A stretch of 64,000 nt of DNA, from contig OZ024740.1 of the NCBI GenBank assembly GCA_964016885.1, forward strand, positions 48,236,001 to 48,300,000, given 5' to 3'. The first letter of the stretch is position 1, and the number at the start of each line of letters is the position of its first letter. The notes beneath the pieces are model-generated. The model saw only the letters and a list, made by a program, of their open reading frames with translations, had not been told where the DNA came from and made no database searches. The position numbers were made by a program, and so were the translations under genes. This DNA is from Eledone cirrhosa (Eukaryota). Of this stretch, positions 12,361 through 24,029 are shown one piece after another.

Positions 12361-13890
12361 TAAAACTTCACACAATTGTTCCAATTAATATGACAACCAG
12401 TTGACTAGTTCACATTTTCTAAAATATGACATATCAATGCAATATTTGCACTTGAAGGACTAAATCAGAATATTAATTGATTCATTATGTTTTTGTAAGG
12501 AACTGTTTTGTTCAACTTGAATTTCTAAAATTATCAAAAGAGAAATTCAAAGACTATGGTTTCCCTACATAGTTTTGGGTATTGGTAGAAATTTAAAACA
12601 TAAATATGAATATATTTATATGGTTACTGAAAAAAAAACTCAATACAGCTAATAAAGAGGCAGATTGTAATGCTCTCCAATCAAAAAGATAATGAAATTT
12701 GATTTTATTTATTTGATGATATTATATCTGATTATAATCCTAAAATTAGATTCTGTAGTATGTTTTGAAGAATCTAGATACTATTCATCAACAAAGAGTT
12801 TTCTGATTTTTAAACACTTATTTGAAAAAAAATCACAAGCAGGATATATAAAATGTATTTATTAATAATCATATGTCTCCCATAGATCCCATACTAGTCC
12901 TATATATGTATATATATATATTAGGTGTCACGACAAAAAAACACACAGTCCATGCTGTAATGTGACCGTGTAGGTAACACGATAAAAAGTTCCCAGTTCC
13001 ACACTGTAAATGTGGTTGGTGTTAGGAAGGGCATCCAGTCGTAGAAAACCTTCCAGATAGTCCTATATGAGTGAGACACAGTCACCCGACCAACCTTACC
13101 TCAAGTGGGACAACTCCCGTCTAACCCATGCTAGCGTGGAAGATGGACGTTAAACGAAGATGATGATGATAATGATATATGTATACATTCAAGGAATGGT
13201 CAGTAAGGAAGATGGTGGAAAAGATTTGCATTATTACACCTACAATCTCCCTAAGCTATGAATTTTGAATTATATATATAAAGCTTATTTAGAAATTAAT
13301 CTTGATATCAACATGTTTTAACCATGTTATGACTTTATAATCAGCTATTACTAGAGGTATATAGATTCCAACAAGCAGTAATATTTGGCTATGTTTCTGC
13401 TTCTGTTAACAAGATATGAAACTAGAAACATTCAATCATATATCTAAAATTAGCAGAAAAAAAAAGAGTGTTTGTGACACTATGTATGCACTCTTTTTTT
13501 TCCCGCTACTTTTAGATATATTCTACAAATACCCAAAACTATGTAGGGAAACCATAGTCTTTGAATTTCTCTTTTGATAATTTTAGAAATTGAAGCTGAA
13601 CAAAACAGTTCCTTACAGTATTCACTACAAAAAAATAATGAATCAATTAATATTCTGGTTTAGTCCTTCAAGTGCAAATATTGCATTGATATGTCATATT
13701 TTAGAATATGTGAACTAGTCAACTGGTTGTCGTATTAATTGGAATCGTGTGAAATTTTACCCTTTAACATTTACATTGTATTTTTGTGGTAATGGGTTTA
13801 TCATACATAATTATCTCACATAATATTGAATCTACAAGATTTTGATGTTATTTATTTTGAGAACAATACCTTAATGCCAGTATGAGTGGT
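12215..13890. repeat. Inverted duplication with arms ~12215-12590 and ~13521-13890 and a spacer of ~930 bp
   Basis: For example agactatggtttccctacatagttttgggtatt (~12551) is the reverse complement of aatacccaaaactatgtagggaaaccatagtct (~13528). Identity continues with small indels for ~370 bp. Confidence 0.92.
12923..13175 (+). mobile_element. SINE-like repeat with an RTE-type tail
   Basis: GTTAGGAAGGGCATCCAG...AACCCATGCTAGCGTGGAAGATGGACGTTAAACGAAGATGATG. A highly similar inverted copy lies at 24438-24600. Confidence 0.8.
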
Positions 13891-14166
13891 TGTAAAGTGG
13901 TTAGTGATAAGAAGGACATCCAGTCATAGAAAGCTTGCCAACCAAGGGTTGGGAGGATTTTTCAGTTGTGTCAAAGACATGACGACCACTCTAGTGCTGA
14001 TGTAACAATAAAATGTACTCGGTAGAACATGGGACCATATGTAAGTGAGATGCGGATCCCTGGCCTGTCTGGGAGGTCAGTAGCTCTGTTTCAGTACTAA
14101 CTCATTCTGTGAAGACTCGTTCAACCCTTGTTAGCAGGGAAAACGAATGTTAAATGATGATGATAA
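13890..14166 (+). mobile_element. SINE-like repeat with an RTE-type tail (same family as 2122-2370)
   Basis: Same internal sequence and (GAT)n tail as 2122-2370. Confidence 0.75.
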
Positions 14167-14204
14167 TATAGTTTAAAAGTATTGTCCCAATGGTGAGCCC
14201 ATCA

Positions 14205-14252
14205 ATGAGTTGTAGTGCACCTGAGCACTGTACACAATAATTTCATTATTAT
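14205..14252 (+). mobile_element. Extreme 3' fragment of the CR1-group LINE
   Basis: GAGTTGTAGTGCACCTGAGCACTGTACACAATAATTTCATTATT matches 18707-18750. Confidence 0.85.
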
Positions 14253-15112
14253 ATAAAAGCAAAACATGTTCAACGACAACCAAATTTCAACTTTTTAACT
14301 ACCATCTACTTAGCTGAATAACTGGTTGCCATTAAAGGACTCCAAACTAGAGTTTATTATAAAACAGAGACATTGACTGTATGATAAATATTTCTGATCT
14401 TTTTCATGACAAGAAATCAATAATCATACTAATATTATTGAGCTCTAATTTTAAAATGTATTGTAAATTGTAAAATCTTATGACACATCTCATCATTATC
14501 ACTCAGCAAATTTTGCTACTGTTTTAGGTAACATTACCTCAAATATGCCATCTCTCTACAGAATATTTAGATTCACAAGCCTACTCCATATTTTTGCTAA
14601 CTTAAATGTTATCATCTCTCAACTAGACATCTCCAAATATGCCTCTCTATTTTCATAGATGTCTTAGTTAAGTTCAGATGTGATATTTATTAAATAGACT
14701 TTGACACTTTGCCTTTCTATTTTCTTAACTAGTTTAACTAACATTAAATGTTACTACAATCTGCTACACCTATCCCTCTATCACCACAAAGATTTTTAAT
14801 GACTTTTGTTTTATTTTATAACCAGTTTCGGGTCATTTTCTACCTACTTAATGAACAGTTTATACCCTTGCTTTTGTTTCCCCAGTTTGCAACATATAGA
14901 ATCAGCACTTAACTCTATCATATTATGGCCAGTACCAAAAAAAAGTCTTAATTGTCAATTAAATGCTCAATGTCCAAGCACCCCATGAGTGAAGAAGAAT
15001 TAGACCAGTTGCTCAATGGTATCCCAGTTGTTTTCACAAAGTTACTTTTGTCTGATAAGAGAAACTACACAGATCTTACAGAGATCTTACAGAGAAACTA
15101 CACAGATCTTAC

Positions 15113-15317
15113 ACTTTTTATACTTAAAGTCTGAATGCCGATGGATCGAGGAGATTCTTTAAAATTATCCAGCTCTTTTTCAGTTATACATTCTTGCTGT
15201 ACTTTTTCTATATTTCCAAGACCATGCTGGTTAATGCGAGGAACGAAACCAATGTCCCCAAGGTTGTAGTGAGCTGGTGAAACCTCTTTTGCCTTTGCTT
15301 GAATTGGTGGCAGATTT
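15113..15317 (-). CDS. CFAP157: CFAP157 coding exon
   Basis: Acceptor ttttcaag (AG at 15319-15318) with phase-2 join AT+A=Ile. Reads NLPPIQ...HYNLGDIGFVPR...SIGIQTLSIKS, resembling the CFAP157 Y.LGDLGLVPR motif. Donor GTAAGA at 15112; if unspliced, a stop follows at 15100-15098. Confidence 0.75.
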
Positions 15318-15358
15318 CTTGAAAATAATAAAGAGTACAATTATTAGGAATGGTTATA

Positions 15359-15359
<1 letters not shown>

Positions 15360-15420
<61 letters not shown>
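15360..15420. repeat. (AC)n(AT)n microsatellite
   Basis: Read directly from the sequence. Confidence 0.95.
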
Positions 15421-15422
<2 letters not shown>

Positions 15423-15744
15423 TAATCATCACCAACATCATTATCATCCTTTTTACATCTATTTTTTCATGTTTGCATGGGGTGGACAATTTTCCAGCAC
15501 AGCCCCCCCCCCCCTCAAAACTCCTAGCACTTTTTCATTCAATTATCATTATTCATACACATCACACGGTCATACAGTCTTCACTCTGGTACACTATGTT
15601 TGATTCTTCTTATACACAGTTTCTCTCAAAGCTCATCCATGCTTTGCTGTTCATGTACATTAGCATCACACATCCCTCAAAGCATGCTCACTTCATTTCT
15701 CTCCAGCTGGTGATCTACACATTAAAAGCACGCAGTACATGCTA

Positions 15745-16008
15745 TAAAGTGGTTGGTGGTAGGAAAGGAATCCAGCTGTAGAAAACTTGTCAAACAAAGG
15801 GTTGAGAAGACCCTCCAGCTTCAAAGACATGACAACCTCCCTATTGCTGGTGCCATGATAAAATGCACTCGATAGAGTGTGGGATTGTATGTAAATGAGA
15901 AGCATGGCTCCCAGCCCAGGTAAGTAATTCTGCTTGAAAACTGGCTGTGAAGACCTGTCTAACATTTGCTAGCAGAGAGAACAGATGTTAAATGATGATG
16001 ATGATGAT
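15745..16008 (+). mobile_element. SINE-like repeat with an RTE-type tail
   Basis: Same family as 2122-2370 and 13890-14166; ends in AAATGATGATGATGATG. Confidence 0.75.
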
Positions 16009-16030
16009 ACATATACATACATATCATCAT

Positions 16031-18766
16031 TACAACCTGTTTCGTAAAGACCGCATTAATCGTAGTGGTGGTGGTGTAATGGTCTACGTTCGGTCAAATC
16101 TGTCGGCAATTCCTTGTGCTGATTTGAACCAATCACAGCAGGAAGTTTTTTTCTGCGATATACGTATGACCATGTCAACACTGCTACTTGGAGTCGTTTA
16201 CCGTCCCCCAAATTACCATCAGGACACTCAACTTTGTGATATCCTCAGAGCTGCTGCCAGGAAGACAGCCACTTATGTTTTCATTGCAGGTGACTTCAAT
16301 CACCCTGAGATTGACTGGGAGACCTTTCGTTGGCCGCCAAGTGCAAATGACTTCCTTGAGCTGGTGCTGGACTCGAGTTGGTCCCAGGTGGTCACCTCCC
16401 CAACGAGAGGTGACAACACTTTGGACCTACTCTTCACCACTACTCCTGAAACGGTCATTAGTGTTACTGCTGAGGAACCTTTAGGTGACTCTGATCATGC
16501 TATGATCATTGCCAATCTATCCCTCATGGGCAGTAACAAGAACCACAACCATCTCCAAACTGCTCACTTTGACTGGAATAAAGCAGACTGGAACTGTTAC
16601 TGCACCGAGTTGCAACGGCCAAACTGGCTTGAGTTCTATGACTCTGGAGATGTCAACACTGTACTCCAGAACATCCTGAGCTCAATATGGACAGCATGTG
16701 CAGAATCGGTGCCTCGTAAGCAGAAAAAACATCCCAAAAGCGCAATTTGGGAGACTGCAGCAGTCCGTCTTGCCAGAAAAGAACGGCGCAATGCTGAACG
16801 TGAGTACAAACTTCACAAATCAGACATTAATAGGAAGAGGTGAAATAGATCGTCCAACCACCTCAAACAGGTGACAAAAAAGGCAGTGCTTCAATTTGAG
16901 CAGTGCATAGCAACCAGCCCTGACAGTAAGGTGTTCTGGAAGTATGTTCACTCAAAGCAGAGGCCTCACTCTCCAGTTGGTCTTCTTCGCAATCCCCACA
17001 CAAGCCAGGTTACTAACGACCCCAAGGAATGCGCAGAGCTCATTGCTGAATGCTATGCAGGCATTTTCACTATTGAAGACCAGAGTGTACCATCTCCACC
17101 ACCTATGACACCGGACTCTATTACAACCATGGAATTTACACCTGCAATGCTGCGACGTCACCTAAAAAATAAACGCAACCATGCCTCTCCTGGTCTTGAT
17201 GGTGTTACGTACCTGCTTCTTAAACGTGGTGGGTACTTCCTTCTACACCAGTTATCACGCTTCTTCCAATTATCTCTGAACAACAGTGCTACTCCAGAAC
17301 AGTGGAAAACTGCCAGTGTCATTCCTCTGTTCAAAAAGGGTGACCGCACATCACCTGTGAACTATCGTCCAGTCAGTCTTACTAGTTGCATCGCCAGACT
17401 GATGGAATCCTGTGTCAGAGAAACACTTTGGAACTTCTGGAGCTCTCACAGCCTTATCCGGTCCTCTGAATTTGGATTTATCCCTAACTCTAACTGCTGT
17501 GATCAACTTATAGAGTTTCTTGAGGACATCACCCGGATCACTGATGGCGGCTCATGGGTGGATGTTGTTTACCTTGACTTTGCGAAGGCCTTCAATTCTG
17601 TGCCACACAAAAGGCTTATGGCAAAACTCTCTGCAATGGGTGTGAAGGATGATCTTTTTAACTGGTTGAAGTCCTTCATTCTCAGTCGAAGAGAGGTAGT
17701 CACGGTTCTGGGACAGCATTCCTCACCATATGAGATGTCATCTGGTGTACCACAGGGATCTGTTCTTGGCCCCCTTTTGTTTGTGGCATATATTAATGAC
17801 ATAGATGCCAACTTAAGGAATGCCACAGTACTAAAGTACACAGATGACATCAAGCTGTACCTTGAGATAAAAAGGACAGATCCTGAACACTATAGATCTT
17901 GCTTGCAGTCTGACCTGGACACAATGCAACAATGGATCTCAGACTGGCAACTCAAGCTAGCTGTGGACAAGTGCACCACCATGCATTTTGGGAGTAAAAA
18001 CCCAGCGTCCACATACTCCCTCCACAGCACTAATATCAAGAAGTCTTCCTGTGAACGTGACCTGGGCATTACGGTCAGCAGCGATTTGCGTTGGACGAGG
18101 CACGTCTCTAAAATTGTCAAGAGGGCCGAGGGTGTCTTAGCATCACTCAGCAAGACCTTTGTCAGCCGCTCTCCAGATATCTATTTAAGGCTGTATACAG
18201 CTATGGTGCGACCACACTTAGAATTTGCATCACCAGTCTGGAACTCCTATCTTGCTCAGGACATTGACCGCCTGGAAACTGTTCAGAGACGTGCAACCAA
18301 ACGAATACCCTCCATCAGGCATCTACCATACTCTGAGCGCCTTGCTTCCCTGGGCATGGATTCATTGAAGCTCCGACGTCTGGCAACTGACTTGGTAAAC
18401 ACCCACAAAATTGTTAACCATGTTGCCAACAACAACCCTGAGTACCTTTTTGATTTCCATGTGTCTAACACACGTGGACATGCCCACAAAGTAAGAAAAC
18501 AGCACAGTTCCCATGACTTTCGGAAACATTTTTTCACGCTCAGAGTTGCTGAAGCATGGAACAAACTACCTGCATCAGTTGTTAGCTGTCGAGACACTGC
18601 ATCCTTTAAAGCCTCCATGCTTCCCGAGATCCACCAACACTACAGCTAACACATACACACATGTACTTCCCTGACATTTGTGTATTATTCCATGTACTAT
18701 ATTGACGAGTTGTAGTGCACCTGAGCACTTTACACAATAATTTCATTATTATTATTATTATTATTA
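16031..18766 (+). mobile_element. Young 5'-truncated CR1-group LINE (APE endonuclease + RT ORF2, 3' UTR stem-loop, (ATT)n tail), antisense within a CFAP157 intron
   Basis: Endonuclease motifs RKDR..GGGV, YRPP, GDFNHP, PTRGDNTLDL and SDH; RT motifs NYRPVSLT, YLDFAKAF, SGVPQGSVLGP and YTDD. ORFs 15992-16843 and 16871-18649 share one frame, split by a TGA at 16841-16843. Possible ATTAC target duplication at 16029-16033 and 18763-18767. Confidence 0.95.
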
Positions 18767-18989
18767 CCATTTAACATCTATTTTTCCATGCCTTGTATGG
18801 GTTAGAAGGGTTGTCCACATTATAAGACAAGTCTTGCCGATAGACCGTGCTGTACCTTACTCAAATAGAACTGTGTATATATAAGATTTCTCCCTACATT
18901 CAAAAAGATGTGTGCAAAGTGCGATATTTCATGGCAGTGAAACATGGGTAGTAACTGCAGAAGACGTGTAGATTGGAAAGAAATTAAGA

Positions 18990-19390
18990 AGCCATGCTCT
19001 GTTGGCTGCAATGTAAATGTGAGAAAAAGGCAGAGCCCTGGATGAACTGAGGGAGAAACTGGGTTTTAAAGGAATCCAAGTTGATGTGCAGGAGAGAAAA
19101 CTGCGTTGGTACGGATATGTGCTGCGCATAGATGCTGATTGATGGGTGAAGAAATGCCAGTGGAAGTAAGCCGCAGTAGAGGTAGACCAAGAAAGAACTG
19201 GGTGGAGGTGATGAGAGCTGAACTCAAATTGCTGAGACTCACTGAAGAGATGATGAAGAAATTCAGTGAATGGGGAGATGCTGAGCTGAAAAGGATCTGT
19301 CCTACCCATGCAAGCATGGAAAAACAGACGTAAAAATTATTATCTAAACTACATAGCAGGGGAGAACAAATGTTAAATGATGATGATATA
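18990..19390 (+). mobile_element. RTE-type LINE 3' fragment
   Basis: LRWYGYVLR and EVSRSRGRPRKNWVEVMRAELKLLRLTEEM, followed by the tail ACCCATGCAAGCATGGAAAAACAGACGTAAA. Confidence 0.8.
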
Positions 19391-19619
19391 TATATGTTTT
19401 GTTCGGAAACCAAACACAAAGAATAAGGAAATATGAAAAATATCTAATAACATGAGATTTAATTTGAACACAGTTGTGTCTTTATTTAACACACACAGAC
19501 TTCTAAAGAGATAACCATTCAAAGTATTTATACATGTACACACAGACACACAAATTTCTAACAGCTGAGGAAACTTAATTGCTAAACATAATATTACTTT
19601 TCACACAAAGCCTCACATC

Positions 19620-19766
19620 TCAACATACACACACACACATTTATATCATGACTCATACACTGTTCACTTTCCTGACATTTGTACATCATTCCATGTACTA
19701 TACATGCACCTTTGATGAGTTGTAGAGCACCTGAACACTGTACACAATAATTTCTTTCATTATTAT
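19620..19766 (+). mobile_element. 3' UTR fragment of the CR1-group LINE family
   Basis: TTCCTGACATTTG...CCATGTACTAT...GAGTTGTAGAGCACCTGAACACTGTACACAATAATTTC matches 18667-18745. Confidence 0.8.
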
Positions 19767-19797
19767 ATTATTTTATATCAATAGAAATTAAACTTAC

Positions 19798-19991
19798 ATC
19801 TTTTTTTTCCTTTCCATACTGTTATATCCATTATGTGGTGCAGAATGTGGTCTAGCTAGTTCAGAAATTGATGGTCCAAATCCAAGATTTCGCGATGCAT
19901 TTAATATCATGAGCAAATGTTGCAGCATATTTTCTCGATGAATTCCTACCAGTTGTTCTGTTTCTTCTATGTTTGCACATGTATCTAAAGT
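19798..19991 (-). CDS. CFAP157: CFAP157 coding exon
   Basis: Acceptor atttgacag and donor AT|gtaagt. 194 nt open frame TLDTCANIEE...RENMLQHLLMILNASRNLGFGPS..., with phases (0 in, 2 out) fitting its neighbours. Confidence 0.8.
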
Positions 19992-20267
19992 CTGTCAAAT
20001 AATTGGATTGTCGTAAACTAAAACTGCCACTTTGAATTAGGTTAAGAGATTCATTATTAACATATAAAACATGTTAAACACTTTTCAGGCTCCCCTCAGA
20101 TGAGATAAGTTGAGCTTAAAGCAGATAATATTTATCCCTTTCATAGCTATATTTCTTACACAAATTATTTAATTATCATAATAATCAACAATTTAAAGAG
20201 TGGCTTGGATGCAACTGGTGTCCAATCACAGCTAGAACTGGCAGGTTTAGACTGAGGGGATGACAAA

Positions 20268-20455
20268 AGGCTTGGCAGTATCGAAAGAGGGTCTGACGCC
20301 ATGCTTTGCAGCAAAGAGTTACAACCCTTTATGGTCTGAGTTTAAATCCCGCCGAAGTTAACTTTGCTTTTCATCCTTATGGGGTCAATAAAATAAAGTA
20401 CCAGTAATACATTGGGATAATTGCTGGCCTTGTGCCAAAAGTAGAAACAATTATA
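20268..20455 (+). mobile_element. tRNA-derived SINE
   Basis: B-box-like GAGTTTAAATCCC and core TTTCATCC...AATAAAATAAAGTACCAG...CCTTGTGCCAAAA. Confidence 0.7.
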
Positions 20456-20461
20456 ATCTTC

Positions 20462-20760
20462 CTGTTTCGAGATGGTAAGCCCCTCATTTGGGATGTGACC
20501 TACAGCAATACTTTTTTCAGCAGCAACCTGATGAATTAAGTTCAGACCCGGGTTCCATTGCTCAATAGACTGAAGATTGCAAGATGTCAAAGTACTGGCT
20601 GCTCACTGATAATTTTAGTATTGAACCCATAACAGTGGATATAGTTAGCATCCTGGGTCCCTGGAACAGCATCCTACTTACTGTGATTGGGATGAAGATA
20701 GGTATGAACCAATTCTACAAGCTGGACTGGCTCTTTCAGAACATTTCCCTCATTAAACTC
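20462..20760 (+). mobile_element. Relic of a restriction-like endonuclease domain from a CRE-type non-LTR retrotransposon
   Basis: FRDGKPLIWDVT.SNT, then after a frameshift GSIAQ*TEDCKMSKY..L..NFSIEPITVD...LGP...IG..I...WLFQNIS. This fits the CRE-clade pattern GKPLxWDxT...AE..K..KY...F.P.AVET.G..GP...LFQRIS. Confidence 0.65.
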
Positions 20761-21164
20761 CATGTTCTGTCAGCTAAGACCGTGAGGCAGAAATCAACAG
20801 TTGGGTTGAGTTAATTGGCATAAAATATTATTTCCTTAACAATTAAAATGGTTAATAAATTAACAAAAAATGTTTTATTGATTGGTATGTTAATCAGGGG
20901 GTAATATGAATAAAATTCCTGTAGAAGTTTGGTTTTAAAATTACTTTAATTGCAGTGATCATTATTTGAATGAGATTTTGTTCAAGATTTCTATTCAAAT
21001 ATTGTCACTTAAATACAGGTTTCAAGAGAGCAGGTAAACATAGAACCAGGAATAATTTCAAGTGAATTGATATTGAGTTGTAGTAGAGTGTGAATAACAA
21101 AGCAAATATGGTATCAGGCATCTAACCATGAGAAAGAGAGAGGAGGTGAGAAAGAGATGTAAAG

Positions 21165-21312
21165 GAAGACTTGACCCCAGTACTGAACTGATACATTTTT
21201 TTATCAACCTCAAAAGGATGAAAAGCAAAGTTGTCCTTGGCTTGATTTGAACTCAGATCACTGAGAGCCAGAACAAATACCACAAAATTTTCGAACAACT
21301 CTGCCAATTTGC
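21165..21312 (-). mobile_element. tRNA-derived SINE fragment
   Basis: Reverse complement of the 20268/28675 family (CCCCAGTACT...AGGATGAAAAGCAAAGTT...GATTTGAACTCAG). Confidence 0.65.
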
Positions 21313-22884
21313 TGTCTGACACCTAGATATAGTGGATGTTATAACTCATTTATGTGAGCTGCATGCTAAAGATCAGCATTTTCTCCAGGGGAAGGTTTTA
21401 CTATATCCTTTGTTAGATAAATGCTGTAAGTTTAAATGACAGTATGCTATGTTCATGAAGAGTGCAGAAAATATCACATGCTTCTTGCAGATACTCCTCA
21501 ATGTTAACACCACATACTCAAAACAGAATCAATAAAAAAATTGGGAGAAAAGTTCTAAATGTAGAAACAGGGCCTAAAATCGAGAGATCTAAAGAAAAGA
21601 TATATCATAGATAGCAGAAAAGAAAAGCGAACACTTGCTGTCATCTTTGTAGCACAATATGGGAAAAGGTGACTAAAAAAGATATGTGGTCGGAAGAGAC
21701 CAGTATGGACTTACATGTCCTAATGTCACCCTAAAATTACTGGGCTATTTTGGAGCTGTGTCCCATTGTGGGTGCAGAAACAAAAGCAATGCGACTGGTG
21801 AGGGAAGACAGAAAGCCCAGATGTTACATTTGTGGTAGTAAGAGCCACTAAAGGACTTTCTGTTCAGAGGAAGTATAAAGGCAGAAGTAGAACCAACAAC
21901 AGCAGGTTCTGGAGGTTGTTTTTGTAACAACACTGCCAGTCGCATTAGCTGTGGCAAATCTGTGAATGAACTATCCCCCATATACAATAGCAAATTCCAG
22001 AATAGATTAGAAAGAAAGAATAAAAAATAAAATAGACAAGGTAAGCTCATGGTATGACAAGTTCCACCCAATAGCAAATTAGTTCACAAGTTATGGAAGG
22101 TTAGAAGTATAGGAATTATTTAACGGTACTGGTATCAATGATTTGTCAATGAAGAAAGAAACAAATAGCAGGTTGACTGATAAAATGACAAGTCAGTCAA
22201 TCATATTGGTGGCCTCCCCACAGCCCAGCAGACAGACTGAAGAAGGTGTTTCCCTGGAGGACGGCAAGGGAGATGTGCTGGAAATCATTTACACAAAGCT
22301 GGAAATCATTACACAAAGCAGAACTTAGAATTAAAGCCATAGAAAATACAGGCAGAAAAATTAGTTAGCAGATCAACTTCATGTGAAAAAATATATATAT
22401 ATAATGATAGAGCAGCTGCAGAGTTTGTGAAAGCAGCCCACAATATATTGCAAACCTTGTGATATGGTGCATGGAATGGCAGTGTAAGCACACCACTACA
22501 AGCTATATAGATGAGAAAGCCTCTAGAATAGATAAAATGACCAAACAATACTGGTGTGAGCACAGAAAAAAGAGGCCAGCATCTATACTTTATCAACATG
22601 CCATAGATCAATAAACAGTAACGATATAAAAAAATTCTTTCTGCACACCCCCATAACCTGATGCTCAAACAGGTCACTGAAGTAGTGAATCTCTGGGAAT
22701 GGTAGGTGAAAGGAAGAAACCACAACTCGTGTTACTCAAATATGAAGCTGTGCATCAAGATACTGAGTCATCCTCTGACTAAATTGTTTACAATAGAATG
22801 GACTCTGATAAAAGGCCAGGTGCTCATCTTAAAGCAGGTGTCAGATTAAGTCTACCATTGACGAATCACTACAGTCAAACCAAT

Positions 22885-23041
22885 GAGCTTTCACACAGTT
22901 TCCACCTACTCAATTTCACTTATAAGACGTGAGTTGACACAAGGCTATGATGAAAGATATTTGCTCAAGGTGCTGTACAGTAATGATGAGCCTAGAACAT
23001 TGTGATTGTAAAGTGAACTTCTTAAGCACACAGCCATGCCT
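22885..23041 (-). mobile_element. SINE of a second tRNA-headed family
   Basis: The minus strand starts AGGCATGGCTGTGTG..TAAGAAGTTCACTT...GCACCTTGAGCAA...ATAGCCTTG, a head I recognise from octopus repeats; not database-verified. Confidence 0.55.
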
Positions 23042-23072
23042 AAAATATACTTAAATAAACTTTCTGATTTAC

Positions 23073-23223
23073 CGAGAGATAATTTTTTATTGCATTTGAT
23101 GCTTCTTGAAGTATTTTCAGCGTCATAATATTCTCTTCTTGTTTTTCAGCAAGTTTCGCTTCTGTTTCTTTGATCTTTTCAGTCAGTACCTTTGAATCCT
23201 TTAAGACACTTTGAATAGTTTCT
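23073..23223 (-). CDS. CFAP157: CFAP157 coding exon
   Basis: Acceptor ttttcag and donor TCG|gtaaat. 151 nt coiled-coil peptide ETIQSVLKDSKVLTEKIKETEAKLAEKQEE...ASNAIKNYLS, with phases (2 in, 0 out) consistent. Confidence 0.85.
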
Positions 23224-23569
23224 CTGAAAATATATACATTTTGTCTTAACCATTCGATAAATATGTATCAATAAAATAAGATCCAGACTAAAAAAAGTAT
23301 TTGAATTGATACCAGTAAAAAAAAAATAAGGCTCTTTTTTTTAAAAGAATTTTCAATAGAATATGATTAGTGTGATAGGATGAATACTTCAAAACAACTG
23401 TGAGATTCTTCTTCAATTTTGTTACACCATTCACTGTAAAAAGACTAACAATAAAATTTAATGGGCAACAATAAAAATATTACTGTATTTTTTATTTTAC
23501 TCAAATGAGGCTAACACATTTTGCTTGCAATATTTTCTTCATATTCCATAATAATAATAATAAAAATAA

Positions 23570-23755
23570 TGGTTTCTGATTTAGGCACAAAGCCAGCGAT
23601 TTTGGGGTAGGGGAAATTCAATTAGAACGACCTCAGTACTTACTGGTACTTTATTTTATCTACCCAGTAAGGATGAAAAACAAAGCTAACCTCAATGGGA
23701 TTTGAACTCAGAACGTAAAGGGCCGTAACTCTATGTTACGAAGCATGGTGTCTGA
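23570..23755 (-). mobile_element. tRNA-derived SINE
   Basis: GGCACAAAGCCAGC...CTGGTACTTTATTTTATC...GGATTTGAACTCAGAACGTAAAG is the reverse complement of the 28675 family. Confidence 0.7.
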
Positions 23756-24029
23756 TGTTTAATAAGAGAGGAAAAACACTGAGGAAACACGTCATTTTTC
23801 TCCACATAGCCTGACAGGAAGGCTTGGAAGAAATGAATAAACATTATCACCATAATTGCAACATAAGCAATATGATAGTTTTCAAAATAACAATGCTAAT
23901 AAAGCTTTCTGATTTAAGCATAAAGCCAACAATTTCGAAGGAAGAGAAGCCAATTATGGTGATCCCAGTACTTGATTCGTACTTTATTTATCAACCCTGG
24001 CAAATTTGGGATTAGAACAAATATCACAA

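Noticed and set aside
15208-15781. ORFs with IYIYIY runs, and other short ORFs across 3-28 kb
   Set aside because: They are translations of (AT)n microsatellites, antisense frames of LINEs, or random AT-rich sequence with no domain signal.
21700-22770. Possible additional degenerate LINE or gene fragment (ORFs 21745..22077 and 22309..22725)
   Set aside because: Composition suggests an old element, but I could not identify convincing ordered motifs or splice-compatible exons.
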